A stretch of 64,000 nucleotides of DNA from an uncultured Bacteroidales bacterium (lineage in GTDB: Bacteria > Bacteroidota > Bacteroidia > Bacteroidales > Paludibacteraceae), in NCBI GenBank assembly GCA_902771935.1, contig CACXYM010000002.1, positions 54,234 to 118,233 on the forward strand, given 5' to 3'. The number at the start of each line of letters is the position of its first letter. The first letter of the stretch is position 1. The position numbers and the translations under genes were made by a program. Shown here piece after piece: positions 45,350 through 54,244 of this stretch. Below the pieces are notes generated by a model. It saw only the letters and a program-made list of their open reading frames with translations. It was not told where the DNA came from and ran no database searches.

Positions 45350-45805
45350 TTAGTGTCGCATAAGGCGGTCGAGTTCACGTTTGTCGTCTCGTTCCTTGAT
45401 AGCCTGCCGCTTATCGTACTCGTGCTTACCCTGGCACAGCGCTATCTCAAGCTTGGCAAGCCCCTTTTCGTTGATATACAGCCGCAGCGGGATGATGCTT
45501 TTACCGGTCTCTTTCGTTTGGCGTTGAAGCTTACGCAATTCCTTGCGCTGAAGAAGTAGTTTGCGGTCACGCCTTGATTCATGGTTAGAATAAGACCCAA
45601 AACGATACTCCGCAATATTCATCTGCTTCACCCAGAGTTCATTGCCGACAAACTGGCAATAGGTATCAGCAAGCGAGGCCTTCGACTCACGGATGGATTT
45701 GATCTCCGTTCCGTACAGTTGAATACCTGCCGTATAGCGGTCTAATATCGCGTAATCAAACGTCGCACGACGGTTCTTAATATTGACGTCACTCTTTAAT
45801 CGCAT
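45350..45805 (-). CDS. smpB: SsrA-binding protein
   Basis: ATG 45805 ([20 protein letters not shown]...GTEIKSIRE). The ORF-track start at 45886 runs through two promoters. Confidence 0.93.
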   Translation of the reverse strand: MRLKSDVNIKNRRATFDYAILDRYTAGIQLYGTEIKSIRESKASLADTYCQFVGNELWVKQMNIAEYRFGSYSNHESRRDRKLLLQRKELRKLQRQTKETGKSIIPLRLYINEKGLAKLEIALCQGKHEYDKRQAIKERDDKRELDRLMRH

Positions 45806-45816
45806 AAAAAATCGTG

Positions 45817-45848
45817 CAAAATTACACTTTTTTTTGCATATTCCCAAA
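45817..45848 (-). promoter_or_regulatory. Promoter: -33 TTTG / -7 TAATTTTG (smpB)
   Basis: Boxes 20 nt apart. Interleaved with the divergent + promoter. Confidence 0.7.
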
Positions 45849-45864
45849 AAAAGTACTACTTTTG
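45833..45864 (+). promoter_or_regulatory. Promoter: -33 TTTG / -7 TACTTTTG
   Basis: Boxes 20 nt apart; -7 box 28 nt upstream of ATG 45892. Confidence 0.7.
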
Positions 45865-45891
45865 CAGCCGATTTGAAAAAAAACATCGATT

Positions 45892-46425
45892 ATGCTGAAA
45901 AATATTCTCGCTGTTACGGGCAAACCCGGGCTGTTTAAGTTAGTGAGCCGTGGTAACAACATGCTCATTGTAGAAAGTTTGGTAGATGGCAAACGTATGC
46001 CTACTTATGCACGCGATAAGATTGTGTCCTTAGCCGACGTAAGCATGTTCACGGAAGGCGACGATATCGCGCTGAACGAGGTGCTGACCAAGCTTGGCGA
46101 GAAGGAAGGTTTGAAGGTCGCTTCGATTGACCCGAAGAAAGCCGACAACGATGCGCTGCGCGCTTTCTTTGCTGAGGTTCTTCCTAACTACGACCGCGAC
46201 CGCGTCTATCCGTCTGATATCCGCAAACTGGTTATTTGGTACAACATACTGATTCAAGCCGGTATTACGGACTTCACGGTGGAGGAAGAAGGCGAAGTGG
46301 CAGCTGAGGGTCAGAAGAGCGTGGACAAAGATCAGCAGAAAGCCGCACAGAAAGTGCAAGCGAAGACATCCGGTAAGGCTGCAGGCGCAGCTGCAAAAAC
46401 CGGTGTAGGCGCTAAGAAAGGGTAA
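45892..46425 (+). CDS. Conserved hypothetical protein (DUF5606-like) with a K/A-rich tail
   Basis: MLKNILAVTGKPGLFKLVSRGNNMLIVESL... The family name is from memory only. C-terminal low-complexity AAQKVQAKTSGKAAGAAAKTGVGAKKG. Confidence 0.55.
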   Translation: MLKNILAVTGKPGLFKLVSRGNNMLIVESLVDGKRMPTYARDKIVSLADVSMFTEGDDIALNEVLTKLGEKEGLKVASIDPKKADNDALRAFFAEVLPNYDRDRVYPSDIRKLVIWYNILIQAGITDFTVEEEGEVAAEGQKSVDKDQQKAAQKVQAKTSGKAAGAAAKTGVGAKKG

Positions 46426-46426
46426 C

Positions 46427-47200
46427 TTGTTACTTCAAGATATAATTGATATCATAGAATCTGTAGCGCCCTTGAGCTGGCAAGAGGAGTGGGATAATTC
46501 GGGGCTGCAGGTAGGTAATCGCAATGCAGAGATAAAAAAAGTATTGCTGACGACGGATGTGACTGAATCGGTCGTCAGTGAGGCTATGCGGCTGGGTTGC
46601 GATTTGATTATTTCCCATCATCCGCTCCTGTTCCACGGTCTGAAGCAACTATGCGGTCAGACAACGCAAGCTCGCTGCGTAGAGACAGCCATTAAAAACA
46701 ACATCGCTATTTACTCCTCTCACACGGCCATGGACGCGTGGCTGAACGGCGTTTCCGGTCGTATGGCGGAGAAGATAGGTTTGACTGACTGCCGTATCTT
46801 AGTGCCTTCAGGCAACGAAGACGAACACGGCTTGGGCGTCATAGGACGCTTGCCTCAACCGATGCGCTTGAGCGATTTATTAGCTCAAGTGAAATCAGCA
46901 TTCGATGCTCCTGTGCTTCGCTATGTGCCGGGCAAGACGGACACGATGGAGACGATAGCGCTATGCGGCGGAGCAGGTGCCGAGTTTGCACAAGCAGCGA
47001 TACAACAAGGTGCAGAGGCGTTCATCACCGCCGACGTGAAGTATCACGACTTCCTCGATATGGCAGGTAACATAGCGCTGATAGATATGGACCACTGGGT
47101 CAGCGAACACTTTACACGCGATATATTTAAGGAGTTGCTCGCTAATCAAGTCACAACGATTATATCGCAAGAAGATAAATCCCCCATTTGCATATACTAA
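46427..47200 (+). CDS. Nif3-like dinuclear metal centre protein
   Basis: TTG start; WDNSGLQVG, ISHHPLLF and DHWVSEH. Confidence 0.88.
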   Translation: MLLQDIIDIIESVAPLSWQEEWDNSGLQVGNRNAEIKKVLLTTDVTESVVSEAMRLGCDLIISHHPLLFHGLKQLCGQTTQARCVETAIKNNIAIYSSHTAMDAWLNGVSGRMAEKIGLTDCRILVPSGNEDEHGLGVIGRLPQPMRLSDLLAQVKSAFDAPVLRYVPGKTDTMETIALCGGAGAEFAQAAIQQGAEAFITADVKYHDFLDMAGNIALIDMDHWVSEHFTRDIFKELLANQVTTIISQEDKSPICIY

Positions 47201-47215
47201 TAAAACAATACAACT

Positions 47216-47977
47216 ATGGCAAAAAGAGAAGAAAAAGAACTGACCGTAGAGGAGAAACTGAAAGCCCTCTATGAGTTGCAACAAGTGGACTCGAAGATTG
47301 ACGAGTTACGTACCCTTGCCGGCGAGCTGCCGCAGGAAGTGAAAGACATGAGCGATGTCGTGGAAGGACTGAAGACCCGTCTGAGTAACATCGAGAACGA
47401 GATCAAAGAGTTCGAGACGCAAATATCTGACCACCGCGTACGTATTGAGAACGCCAACGCTTCCATCGCTCGCTACAAAGAGCAACAGGACAATGTGCGC
47501 AACAACCGCGAGTACGATAACCTGAGCAAAGAGATTGAATACCAAGAGCTCGACATTGAACTCAGTCAGAAGAAGATCCGTAACTACACAGCTGACCTCG
47601 AAGCCCGTCAAGCAGACAAACAAAAGACTATCACCGACATCGAGGAAAAGACCGTTGACCTCAATCAAAAACGCAACGATCTGGATACTATTCTTCAAGA
47701 GACCAAGGCTGAGACAGAAGCATTAATGCTCCGCTCTGCTGAACTCGAGAAACATATTGACGAGCGCCTGCTGACAGCGTTCAAACGTATCCGCAAAAAC
47801 GCCCACAACGGACTTGCAGTCGTTAAAGTGGAGCGCGACAGCTGCGGTGGTTGCCACGCAAAGATTCCGGCACAGCGCCAATTGGATATCCGCCAACGCA
47901 AGAAAATCATTGTTTGCGAATTCTGCGGACGTATTCTTGTAGACCCAGAGATGGGCGAAGGCAAGAAAAAGAAATAA
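47216..47977 (+). CDS. Coiled-coil protein with a C4 zinc ribbon (COG1579-like)
   Basis: Long coiled coil followed by CGGCHAKIP...CEFCGRIL; the usual partner downstream of Nif3. Confidence 0.8.
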   Translation: MAKREEKELTVEEKLKALYELQQVDSKIDELRTLAGELPQEVKDMSDVVEGLKTRLSNIENEIKEFETQISDHRVRIENANASIARYKEQQDNVRNNREYDNLSKEIEYQELDIELSQKKIRNYTADLEARQADKQKTITDIEEKTVDLNQKRNDLDTILQETKAETEALMLRSAELEKHIDERLLTAFKRIRKNAHNGLAVVKVERDSCGGCHAKIPAQRQLDIRQRKKIIVCEFCGRILVDPEMGEGKKKK

Positions 47978-47978
47978 G

Positions 47979-50312
47979 TTACAAAGAAATATGTAGTCTG
48001 AAACGCAACGCCCATCGTGGCGTTGCTTCTTTTTCCCAGTTGGTGAGACGCCAAACAGAGTAAATATCCAGGACACGGAGGATGTTTCCGATACCGCATC
48101 CGAGTTCGATATAGGGCGTAGTGAGAGACGAGAGAGTTGGTGGTTGGTAGTTGGTGAGTGGTGTTCTGTCGGCAAAGTTACCGTAAGCCAATTTGAACGT
48201 GACCAGTTCGCGAAGACGAAGGTAACGGATACCCGGGATGAGGTTAAAGAGAATACCCTGTCCATTCCATTCGGCATGCAGCGCGAGGTACTTATCGGCA
48301 GCATACTGGAAATTATTCATGAGTGTAAAACGGAAAGGATCATAGGCATAGCCTTGGTTGCCCTCAAAATGGTGCAGGAAAGGATATGGCACCTCCCCAA
48401 GTATTATACCCGCCAAAAAAGCATAATCGAGCGTTCCACCCATGCCTAAATCGGCTTTGTGACGGAGGAGAAGATTGATTTTAGCGAACATCTGATAACG
48501 CGCCATGTAATCCGTCTTGAAACTTCCCGCCTCGAGTCCGAAATATAGAACAGGCAAATGGCTGTAGACATGATAGCGCGAGAAATATCCGTCAATCTTG
48601 CGCTCCTTAAACCCGACACGCAGAATACCTCCGAGCGTTTGGTAAGAGAACGAGGGGATATTATGGTATCCGACGAGCGGGTCACCATATCCCATCCATC
48701 CTACGCGGGCGTAGAGCTGGGTTTCTATATTATCCGTCCAGTCATTATCAAAATGGAGTTGGAACTGCCGCTGCCGCGTAGCCGTATTGACCGCATTGGG
48801 ATTATACCGCAAGGCTTCGAACGCATACGCCGTGAAGTCCATTGTCTTGAAGCCTATACCATTCTCATGCAGCAGACGCGTGAAATCATCCACTTCAGTC
48901 CACACATAATGATCCTGGTACTCAACAAAGAAGACATGTCGTCTCGGAGTTGGCAGTTGGACATTGATTCTACCCATCCCTTTGAATGCCCTGTCGCGGA
49001 AGCCGTATCCGAGCGAAGCTTCAAGAGAGACATGCTTCATGAGTTTTTCGTTCGTACGGAAAGGTAGTCCCACATGAACCTTCTCGTGCTCGTTGACTTG
49101 CAGTATCTCCTGGATGTTACCGATATCGACGAAAGTGCCGGTAGGTATATAACCGGTATTGATAATGGCCGCAGTCCATTTGGCGAAACGAACGACAGGA
49201 AGGGAATCAAGCGTCGACAACAAAGTGTCGGGATTGGTGGTTTGTGGTTGGTAGTTGGTGGTTGGTAGTTGGTGGTTGGTGGTTTCGGCGTTGATAGTGT
49301 TGCGGATGAGGATGGTCGGAAAGACATGGTCATCTTGAGTCTTGACGCCGAAGTCAAGTATGGATGTTACTTGCTCGGATAAGATGGAGTTATCTTCCGC
49401 CAGTGCTTGGTCAATATGCAGCGATTTGAGGTAGTTGACGGACGATTGTGGTGGGACCGTAGCGGATATGTTGCGCAGGGTGTAGGTGGCTGAGTCAATC
49501 GTCATTTCGCCGTTGAAAGTAGCGTAATAGGGATTCTTCGTGCGGAAATGGAGGATGTATTGTTTGCCTTCATCGGTGATGACGGAATCGGCGAGGTAGT
49601 ATTTGTAGTACGTACAAGAAGCCGCAGCCAAAGGCGAAAGAAAAGCTCTGTCGTGTACGGAAACAGTATTGGCGTAGAAGTTAAGATGGTTATTATTGCC
49701 TATCAAGGCAGAGTAGTCCGTGGGAGACATGATAATGGACTTTTCGTCTTTTTGGTCACCCTTCTGCCGGCAAACATACAGCGGAAGCATGAGAGAAGAG
49801 TCTTCTGCAGTAATCATCCCCACTCGCAGGCTTTTCCACAGACGCCGTTTGAGTTGTCTTGCTTCGATATCGCTGACGTAGAGTTCGGTGGACTGAACAG
49901 TTTGTGATTTGTAGTTGGTAGTTTGTGGTTTGTGGTTCTTGACTTGGGCGAGTAGGGCAAGCGCATAGGAGTCGTCGGGTGAGGCATACACTTCCTCGAG
50001 TACAGCAGTTTTCTCGTTGAGCACGACCTGTATACCTGCCATTATACCGGGTTCCACTTGGAAGCGCTGGGTGCGGTATCCTACAGCCGACACAACGAGC
50101 GTGCGCTTCTTGCTGAAGTTGCTTTTGAGCACGAACGAGCCTTCATCGTTGGAAGAAGTGCCGACGGAGGAAGCCTGGTAATAGATATTGGCATTAGGAA
50201 TCGGTTCGCCCGTTTCTGCACAAGTGACATCGCCGACGATGACGGTCTCCTGGGCTGCAAGCACGAGCCAAGAGCTAAGCGTTAAGAGTATTATGGCGAG
50301 CCGTTTAATCAT
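47979..50312 (-). CDS. CarboxypepD_reg-like plus DUF5686-like outer-membrane protein
   Basis: ATG 50312 gives the signal peptide MIKRLAIILLTLSSWLVLAAQ, followed by the VIVGDVTCAETGEPIPNANIYY carboxypeptidase-regulatory-like domain and a large beta-rich C-terminal part. The ORF-track start at 50462 overlaps xerD. Confidence 0.7.
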   Translation of the reverse strand: MIKRLAIILLTLSSWLVLAAQETVIVGDVTCAETGEPIPNANIYYQASSVGTSSNDEGSFVLKSNFSKKRTLVVSAVGYRTQRFQVEPGIMAGIQVVLNEKTAVLEEVYASPDDSYALALLAQVKNHKPQTTNYKSQTVQSTELYVSDIEARQLKRRLWKSLRVGMITAEDSSLMLPLYVCRQKGDQKDEKSIIMSPTDYSALIGNNNHLNFYANTVSVHDRAFLSPLAAASCTYYKYYLADSVITDEGKQYILHFRTKNPYYATFNGEMTIDSATYTLRNISATVPPQSSVNYLKSLHIDQALAEDNSILSEQVTSILDFGVKTQDDHVFPTILIRNTINAETTNHQLPTTNYQPQTTNPDTLLSTLDSLPVVRFAKWTAAIINTGYIPTGTFVDIGNIQEILQVNEHEKVHVGLPFRTNEKLMKHVSLEASLGYGFRDRAFKGMGRINVQLPTPRRHVFFVEYQDHYVWTEVDDFTRLLHENGIGFKTMDFTAYAFEALRYNPNAVNTATRQRQFQLHFDNDWTDNIETQLYARVGWMGYGDPLVGYHNIPSFSYQTLGGILRVGFKERKIDGYFSRYHVYSHLPVLYFGLEAGSFKTDYMARYQMFAKINLLLRHKADLGMGGTLDYAFLAGIILGEVPYPFLHHFEGNQGYAYDPFRFTLMNNFQYAADKYLALHAEWNGQGILFNLIPGIRYLRLRELVTFKLAYGNFADRTPLTNYQPPTLSSLTTPYIELGCGIGNILRVLDIYSVWRLTNWEKEATPRWALRFRLHISL
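48005..48034 (+). terminator. Rho-independent terminator embedded in the 3' coding end of the convergent gene
   Basis: GCAACGCC-CATCGT-GGCGTTGC (perfect 8 bp) followed by TTCTTTTT. Confidence 0.6.
48134..48165. repeat. G/T-rich heptamer array (GAGTTGG TGGTTGG TAGTTGG TGAGTGG) inside a CDS
   Basis: In-phase 7-nt units, translated on the minus strand as LTNYQPPTLS. Confidence 0.75.
49231..49286. repeat. G/T-rich heptamer array, eight units, inside a CDS
   Basis: GGATTGG TGGTTTG TGGTTGG TAGTTGG TGGTTGG TAGTTGG TGGTTGG TGGTTTC, translated on the minus strand as ETTNHQLPTTNYQPQTTNPD. Confidence 0.9.
49901..49935. repeat. G/T-rich heptamer array, five units, inside a CDS
   Basis: TTTGTGA TTTGTAG TTGGTAG TTTGTGG TTTGTGG, translated on the minus strand as KNHKPQTTNYKSQT. 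Confidence 0.85.
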
Positions 50313-51204
50313 TTCTATTAGCGGGATGGAACTGGAGGATTGCTTTGCGCAAGTCTTGTATATCGACGTGTGTGTAAATCTCTGTGGTGGTGATGTTTTC
50401 GTGTCCGAGCAGCTGTTGTATGATACGCAGGTCCGCCCCGTTTTGGAGCAAGTGGGTCGCAAAAGAGTGACGGAGCGTGTGCGGTGAAACGGTTTTATGG
50501 ATGCCCGCCGCAGCGGTAAGACGCTTGATGATGGTGAAAATCATAGCTCGAGTGAGTTGGCGTCCGTATCGATTGAGAAAAGCGATATCCTTGAACTGGG
50601 GTTTGATGTCCAAGTGCGCACGGTCTTCCATCCAGTATTGGAACCATTTCTCAGCTTCGGGAGAGATGGGCACAAGACGTTGTTTGCTGCCTTTACCTTG
50701 AATGAGCATGTAGCCCTCTTGACGGTACATATTACTGAGTTGGAGATTGACGAGTTCGGAAACGCGCAGACCGCTGCCGTAAAGCATCTCAATGATGGCA
50801 CGATTGCGGTGCCCTTCGTTAGAGCTAAGGTCTATTTGTGCGACCATAGCATTGATTTCCTCGACGGTAAGCACATCGGGCAAGTGAAGCTCCTTCTTAG
50901 GCATAGCGAGGAGTTCGCTCGGGTCAGACTCAATATAGTTGTGATAGAGCAGAAAACGATAGAAGCTATGCACACCGGAGAGGATACGGGACTGCGAGCG
51001 CGCATTACTATCGGCGCCGAAGTAATTATAGACAAAGTCCTCTAAGTCAGATAGTTGCGCATTGACCGGGTCGATGTCTCGTTCCTCTAAATAGGTGCGC
51101 AGTTTGAGCAAGTCCTGCTCATAAGCCAAGACAGAATTTTCCGAAAGAGAGCGTTCGAGACGCAGGTAGGAATGATATTCTTTATAGATGCCGTCGGTCT
51201 TCAT
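50305..51204 (-). CDS. xerD: Tyrosine recombinase XerD
   Basis: HTLRHSFATHLLQNGADLRIIQQLLGHENITTTEIYTHV in a housekeeping context. Confidence 0.88.
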   Translation of the reverse strand: MKTDGIYKEYHSYLRLERSLSENSVLAYEQDLLKLRTYLEERDIDPVNAQLSDLEDFVYNYFGADSNARSQSRILSGVHSFYRFLLYHNYIESDPSELLAMPKKELHLPDVLTVEEINAMVAQIDLSSNEGHRNRAIIEMLYGSGLRVSELVNLQLSNMYRQEGYMLIQGKGSKQRLVPISPEAEKWFQYWMEDRAHLDIKPQFKDIAFLNRYGRQLTRAMIFTIIKRLTAAAGIHKTVSPHTLRHSFATHLLQNGADLRIIQQLLGHENITTTEIYTHVDIQDLRKAILQFHPANRND

Positions 51205-51718
51205 ACTCTAAGACACCTTTGAAGTGGATATTGTAGTTTTTATCCTCTGATTGCAAGTTGAAGAGCAACTCTTTTGTGTCGCCGTTCGTTGAGACGACAA
51301 AGGTGGAGTCGGAACAGATAATAATCTGCGACACTTTGGCGTTTACCACTTGTAGGATATAGGTTCCTGTAGGTGTTCCATCGAAATCGACTCCCGGATA
51401 GAATGTCTTAGGTTCGGGTGTTTTAGCGCACTTATATGTGCCATCCATTAAGGTAGTGTCCGTAAGCGGAATAAAGATATCGCTTAGGTAGAGGTTTGTG
51501 CCGGAACCGACCATATGGTCTGTGGAATCAAGGGTGAGTCCGTCGGAATACAAGTCCAACGACAAGACATTGTACTTAATGCTGTCGTAGTACTGACCAT
51601 AACAGATAAGTTTGCCGTACGTCATCTCGGAAGCAATCGTATCGGGTTTGGAAGGGCTGTTCTTGGACGTACATGCGGCAAGCAGTATGATGGCAATATA
51701 AAGGATGCGATTTTTCAT
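51182..51718 (-). CDS. Hypothetical lipoprotein
   Basis: ATG 51718 overlaps the upstream stop (ATGA). MKNRILYIAIILLAAC lipobox. Confidence 0.6.
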   Translation of the reverse strand: MKNRILYIAIILLAACTSKNSPSKPDTIASEMTYGKLICYGQYYDSIKYNVLSLDLYSDGLTLDSTDHMVGSGTNLYLSDIFIPLTDTTLMDGTYKCAKTPEPKTFYPGVDFDGTPTGTYILQVVNAKVSQIIICSDSTFVVSTNGDTKELLFNLQSEDKNYNIHFKGVLEYEDRRHL

Positions 51719-52935
51719 TTCGGAATATGCATTTTGCGAACAGGATACCAAGCTGCAACGAAGCCTAAGAGTAGCACAACCATGGCTACAATTAGGATAT
51801 CCGTACCTTGGACCTGAACGGGATAAGATGAAATGACGTATTGTGTTCCGTTACCCAATTTGATAAGACCGAAATGTTCTTGAATAAGACTCAATATGAG
51901 TCCTACTATTAGTCCGATAACAGCTCCGAGACTGGAGATGAGCCATCCCTCGTAGAGGAAGATTTTACGGATAGTAGTCAGGTCGGCACCTAAGTTACTG
52001 AGAATGCGGATGTCCTCTTTCTTATCAATCATGAGCATGGAGAGCGAACTGATGATATTGAAGCATGCGATAAGAAGGATAAAGGCCATGAGAAGAATGG
52101 TCAGCAGTTTTTCTATCTTGAGGATGCGAAAAAAGTCAGCTTGTTGCTCGTAACGATCAAGAACCTGATAGTTGTCGGCAAGAATGAGTTGTATTTGTTT
52201 CTTTGCTTGACGCGTTGAGATAGATGGGCTCAATTGCAAATTAAGCGCAGTAACGGTAACCGAATCATAGTCGAAGAGATACCGTGCCAAAGGCAGGGAA
52301 ATAAGCATATAAGCATCATCGTACTTGACTTGATTGACAGCAAAAGTGGAAGAGATAAAGACGGTAGCTTCGTTGAAACTTTGGTCAGGTCGCATCAGAT
52401 TAACTCGCTCTGTACGTTTCGGAGCATAGATATGCAAACCTCCTACGAAATGGGCATTGATACCTACTTGATTAGCCAAGCCTTGTCCGAGCACCGCTCT
52501 CTCAAAAGCTCCGTCAAAGACGGAGAAAGTGCCGTCAGTAATGATGGAATCGATATTTGTAAGTTGCCGGAAGTTCTCATCTACACCCATGAGATGGGCA
52601 GGAAGTTGATGCTCTTTGTAACGAATGAGCGCTGTTTCCTCTATAGTCTGCGAAACCAACTCGACATAAGGAAGAGCCATAACGGCTTGGATGGTTTCGT
52701 CTTCGACGGAAAAACTCTTTCCGGTTGTTGCAGTAATGCGCAGTTGCGGGTCGAACTGTGAGAACATAGTTTCAATAAGTGACCCGAATCCGTTCATTAC
52801 GCTAAGGACACAGACCATAGCGGCAGTAACCACACCTACAGCCGTGGCACTCACAGCGCTGACGATATTTATGGCATTGTGGCTCTTCTTGGAGAAGATA
52901 TACCGCCAAGCTATATGTCGCTCAACTTGGCTCAC
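51715..52935 (-). CDS. FtsX-like ABC transporter permease (LolC/E family)
   Basis: 406 aa; TM1, a large periplasmic loop, then three C-terminal TM helices; HIAWRYIFSKKSHNAINIVS. Confidence 0.82.
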   Translation of the reverse strand: MSQVERHIAWRYIFSKKSHNAINIVSAVSATAVGVVTAAMVCVLSVMNGFGSLIETMFSQFDPQLRITATTGKSFSVEDETIQAVMALPYVELVSQTIEETALIRYKEHQLPAHLMGVDENFRQLTNIDSIITDGTFSVFDGAFERAVLGQGLANQVGINAHFVGGLHIYAPKRTERVNLMRPDQSFNEATVFISSTFAVNQVKYDDAYMLISLPLARYLFDYDSVTVTALNLQLSPSISTRQAKKQIQLILADNYQVLDRYEQQADFFRILKIEKLLTILLMAFILLIACFNIISSLSMLMIDKKEDIRILSNLGADLTTIRKIFLYEGWLISSLGAVIGLIVGLILSLIQEHFGLIKLGNGTQYVISSYPVQVQGTDILIVAMVVLLLGFVAAWYPVRKMHIPK

Positions 52936-52937
52936 TA

Positions 52938-53273
52938 TTAGCTTTTTAGCAGTTCGTCGATACGTTCCATTCGGTCGATGGTCTCATCGAGATGGAAATG
53001 CAGTTCGGGAATGATACGGAGTTGATGCCTCTCGAGGTTACCCATTTCGCCACGGATTTTGCCTTTCTCGTTTTCGACGTGCTCCATCACTTCCTGCTCT
53101 CTATTCTGCGGGAAGATGCTGAGATAGACATGGGCAATAGCCAAGTCAGGAGATATACGCACCTCGCTCACGGAGATGAGTACTCCGGAAAGAGATCTGG
53201 CAAATCGCAGTAAGATGTCACTCAAGTCCTTTTGTATCAGACGCGCGATTTTGTGTTGTCTTGTTGTTTCCAT
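52938..53273 (-). CDS. rbfA: Ribosome-binding factor A
   Basis: 111 aa; RQHKIARLIQKDLSDIL...VRISPDLAIAHVYLS. Confidence 0.9.
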   Translation of the reverse strand: METTRQHKIARLIQKDLSDILLRFARSLSGVLISVSEVRISPDLAIAHVYLSIFPQNREQEVMEHVENEKGKIRGEMGNLERHQLRIIPELHFHLDETIDRMERIDELLKS

Positions 53274-53289
53274 ATTAAGTGCAAAACAA

Positions 53290-53315
53290 GGGAAAGGAGA
53301 TGCATCTCTTTTCCC
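53290..53315 (-). terminator. Hairpin downstream of rpmH
   Basis: GGGAAAAGAGA-TGCA-TCTCCTTTCCC on the minus strand (one mismatch), followed by TTGTTTTG. Confidence 0.55.
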
Positions 53316-53350
53316 TGTAATCGTTATGAAAAATTAGTTAATTAAACTAA

Positions 53351-53509
53351 TTAATATTTGTGACGTCCCTCGTCGGCAACGGTCAATTTCTTGCGACCTT
53401 TAGCGCGGCGAGCAGCCAATACGCGGCGACCATTAGCGGATGCCATTCTCTCAAGGAAGCCGTGTTTGTTACGTCTCTTGCGTTGTGAAGGTTGGAAAGT
53501 ACGTTTCAT
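53351..53509 (-). CDS. rpmH: 50S ribosomal protein L34
   Basis: ATG 53509 gives [22 protein letters not shown]. The ORF-track start at 53572 lies in the promoter. Confidence 0.95.
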   Translation of the reverse strand: MKRTFQPSQRKRRNKHGFLERMASANGRRVLAARRAKGRKKLTVADEGRHKY

Positions 53510-53542
53510 ATTATTTATTCGTTTTTTATTCAAAAAAGCGTG

Positions 53543-53573
53543 CAAAGGTACTGCTTTTTTCTGAATTAGCAAA
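53543..53573 (-). promoter_or_regulatory. Promoter: -33 TTTG / -7 TACCTTTG (rpmH)
   Basis: Minus strand reads AAAAAAGCAGTACCTTTGCACGC. Boxes 19 nt apart. Confidence 0.7.
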
Positions 53574-53653
53574 ATTTTTTTGAATTTTTTTTGCTTTTCA
53601 TGTCGATTATATGGAAAAAAAGCAGTAATTTTGCAGAAAATATGGTATAAAAG

Positions 53654-54244
53654 ATGCTAATAACTACTTCTGCCATTGTATTAAATCTTCAGCGTCGCGG
53701 CGATACTTCTCACGTGCTTCATGCGTACACGCGTGCGGGCGGACGAATTAATTATATAGTGTATGGCGCAGGTACAAAGAAGAAGTCGTCGGCAATCTAT
53801 GCTCCGCTGTCGATTGTGGAATTGACCGCTGATATACGTGCAGACAAGCCGTTACCGACAATTAAAGAAGCTCGGCTGTTGTATGTGCCTGAAATAATGG
53901 ATATGCGTCGACAATCGGTAGCGTTATTTATTGCGGAAGTGTTGTATCATATTCTTCGCCATCCGATGCAAGATGAAGCGCTGTTTCGTTTTTTGGACAC
54001 GACTATTCACGACCTGAATGAATCGGAAGATATTGAGAATGTGCATCTGCGTTTTCTTTCAGGATTTGCCAATGCACTTGGTATAGGAGTGAATGAAGAT
54101 GCGGACAGTCCGTTATTGCGCGTGCCTAAAAATAGAAAAGATCGTCAAAGTTTGATTGAAGAGTGGTGCGATTATTATCAACTCCATCTTGAAGACTTTC
54201 GGCGACCTAAATCTATTGATGTACTGATGGAACTATTTGATTGA
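53654..54244 (+). CDS. recO: DNA repair protein RecO
   Basis: N-terminal OB-fold pattern ([32 protein letters not shown]), followed by [11 protein letters not shown]...LFRFL...[13 protein letters not shown]. At 196 aa it is on the short side. Confidence 0.7.
   Translation: MLITTSAIVLNLQRRGDTSHVLHAYTRAGGRINYIVYGAGTKKKSSAIYAPLSIVELTADIRADKPLPTIKEARLLYVPEIMDMRRQSVALFIAEVLYHILRHPMQDEALFRFLDTTIHDLNESEDIENVHLRFLSGFANALGIGVNEDADSPLLRVPKNRKDRQSLIEEWCDYYQLHLEDFRRPKSIDVLMELFD

Noticed and set aside
45204-45353. A 49-aa + strand ORF (MRTYQKLIRNLSGTYQKPMPAGRERE...).
   Set aside because: It is built from the 11-nt repeats and reads straight through the terminator hairpin into the smpB 3' end. It is low complexity and has no promoter-proximal start context.
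50313-50462. A 50-residue N-terminal extension of the DUF5686-like ORF. Similar ORF-track extensions exist for porX (26625), smpB (45886), rpmH (53572), the PASTA gene (31469), aroB (39658), thioredoxin (39681), trmD (32456) and the lipoprotein gene (51751).
   Set aside because: The extensions overlap upstream genes or run through -33/-7 promoter boxes. The internal ATG codons give proper signal peptides or conserved N-termini.
50305-51204. A tyrosine recombinase as the integrase of a mobile element.
   Set aside because: The sequence and length fit chromosomal XerD. The flanks are housekeeping genes, with no att-like repeats, tRNA target or cargo genes.
53331-53353. The AT-rich near-palindrome TTAGTTAATTAAACTAATTAA after rpmH, with dense stop codons.
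   Set aside because: The stop spacing is irregular (4-5 nt), not the 7-nt lattice seen elsewhere. It is explained by AT-rich composition.
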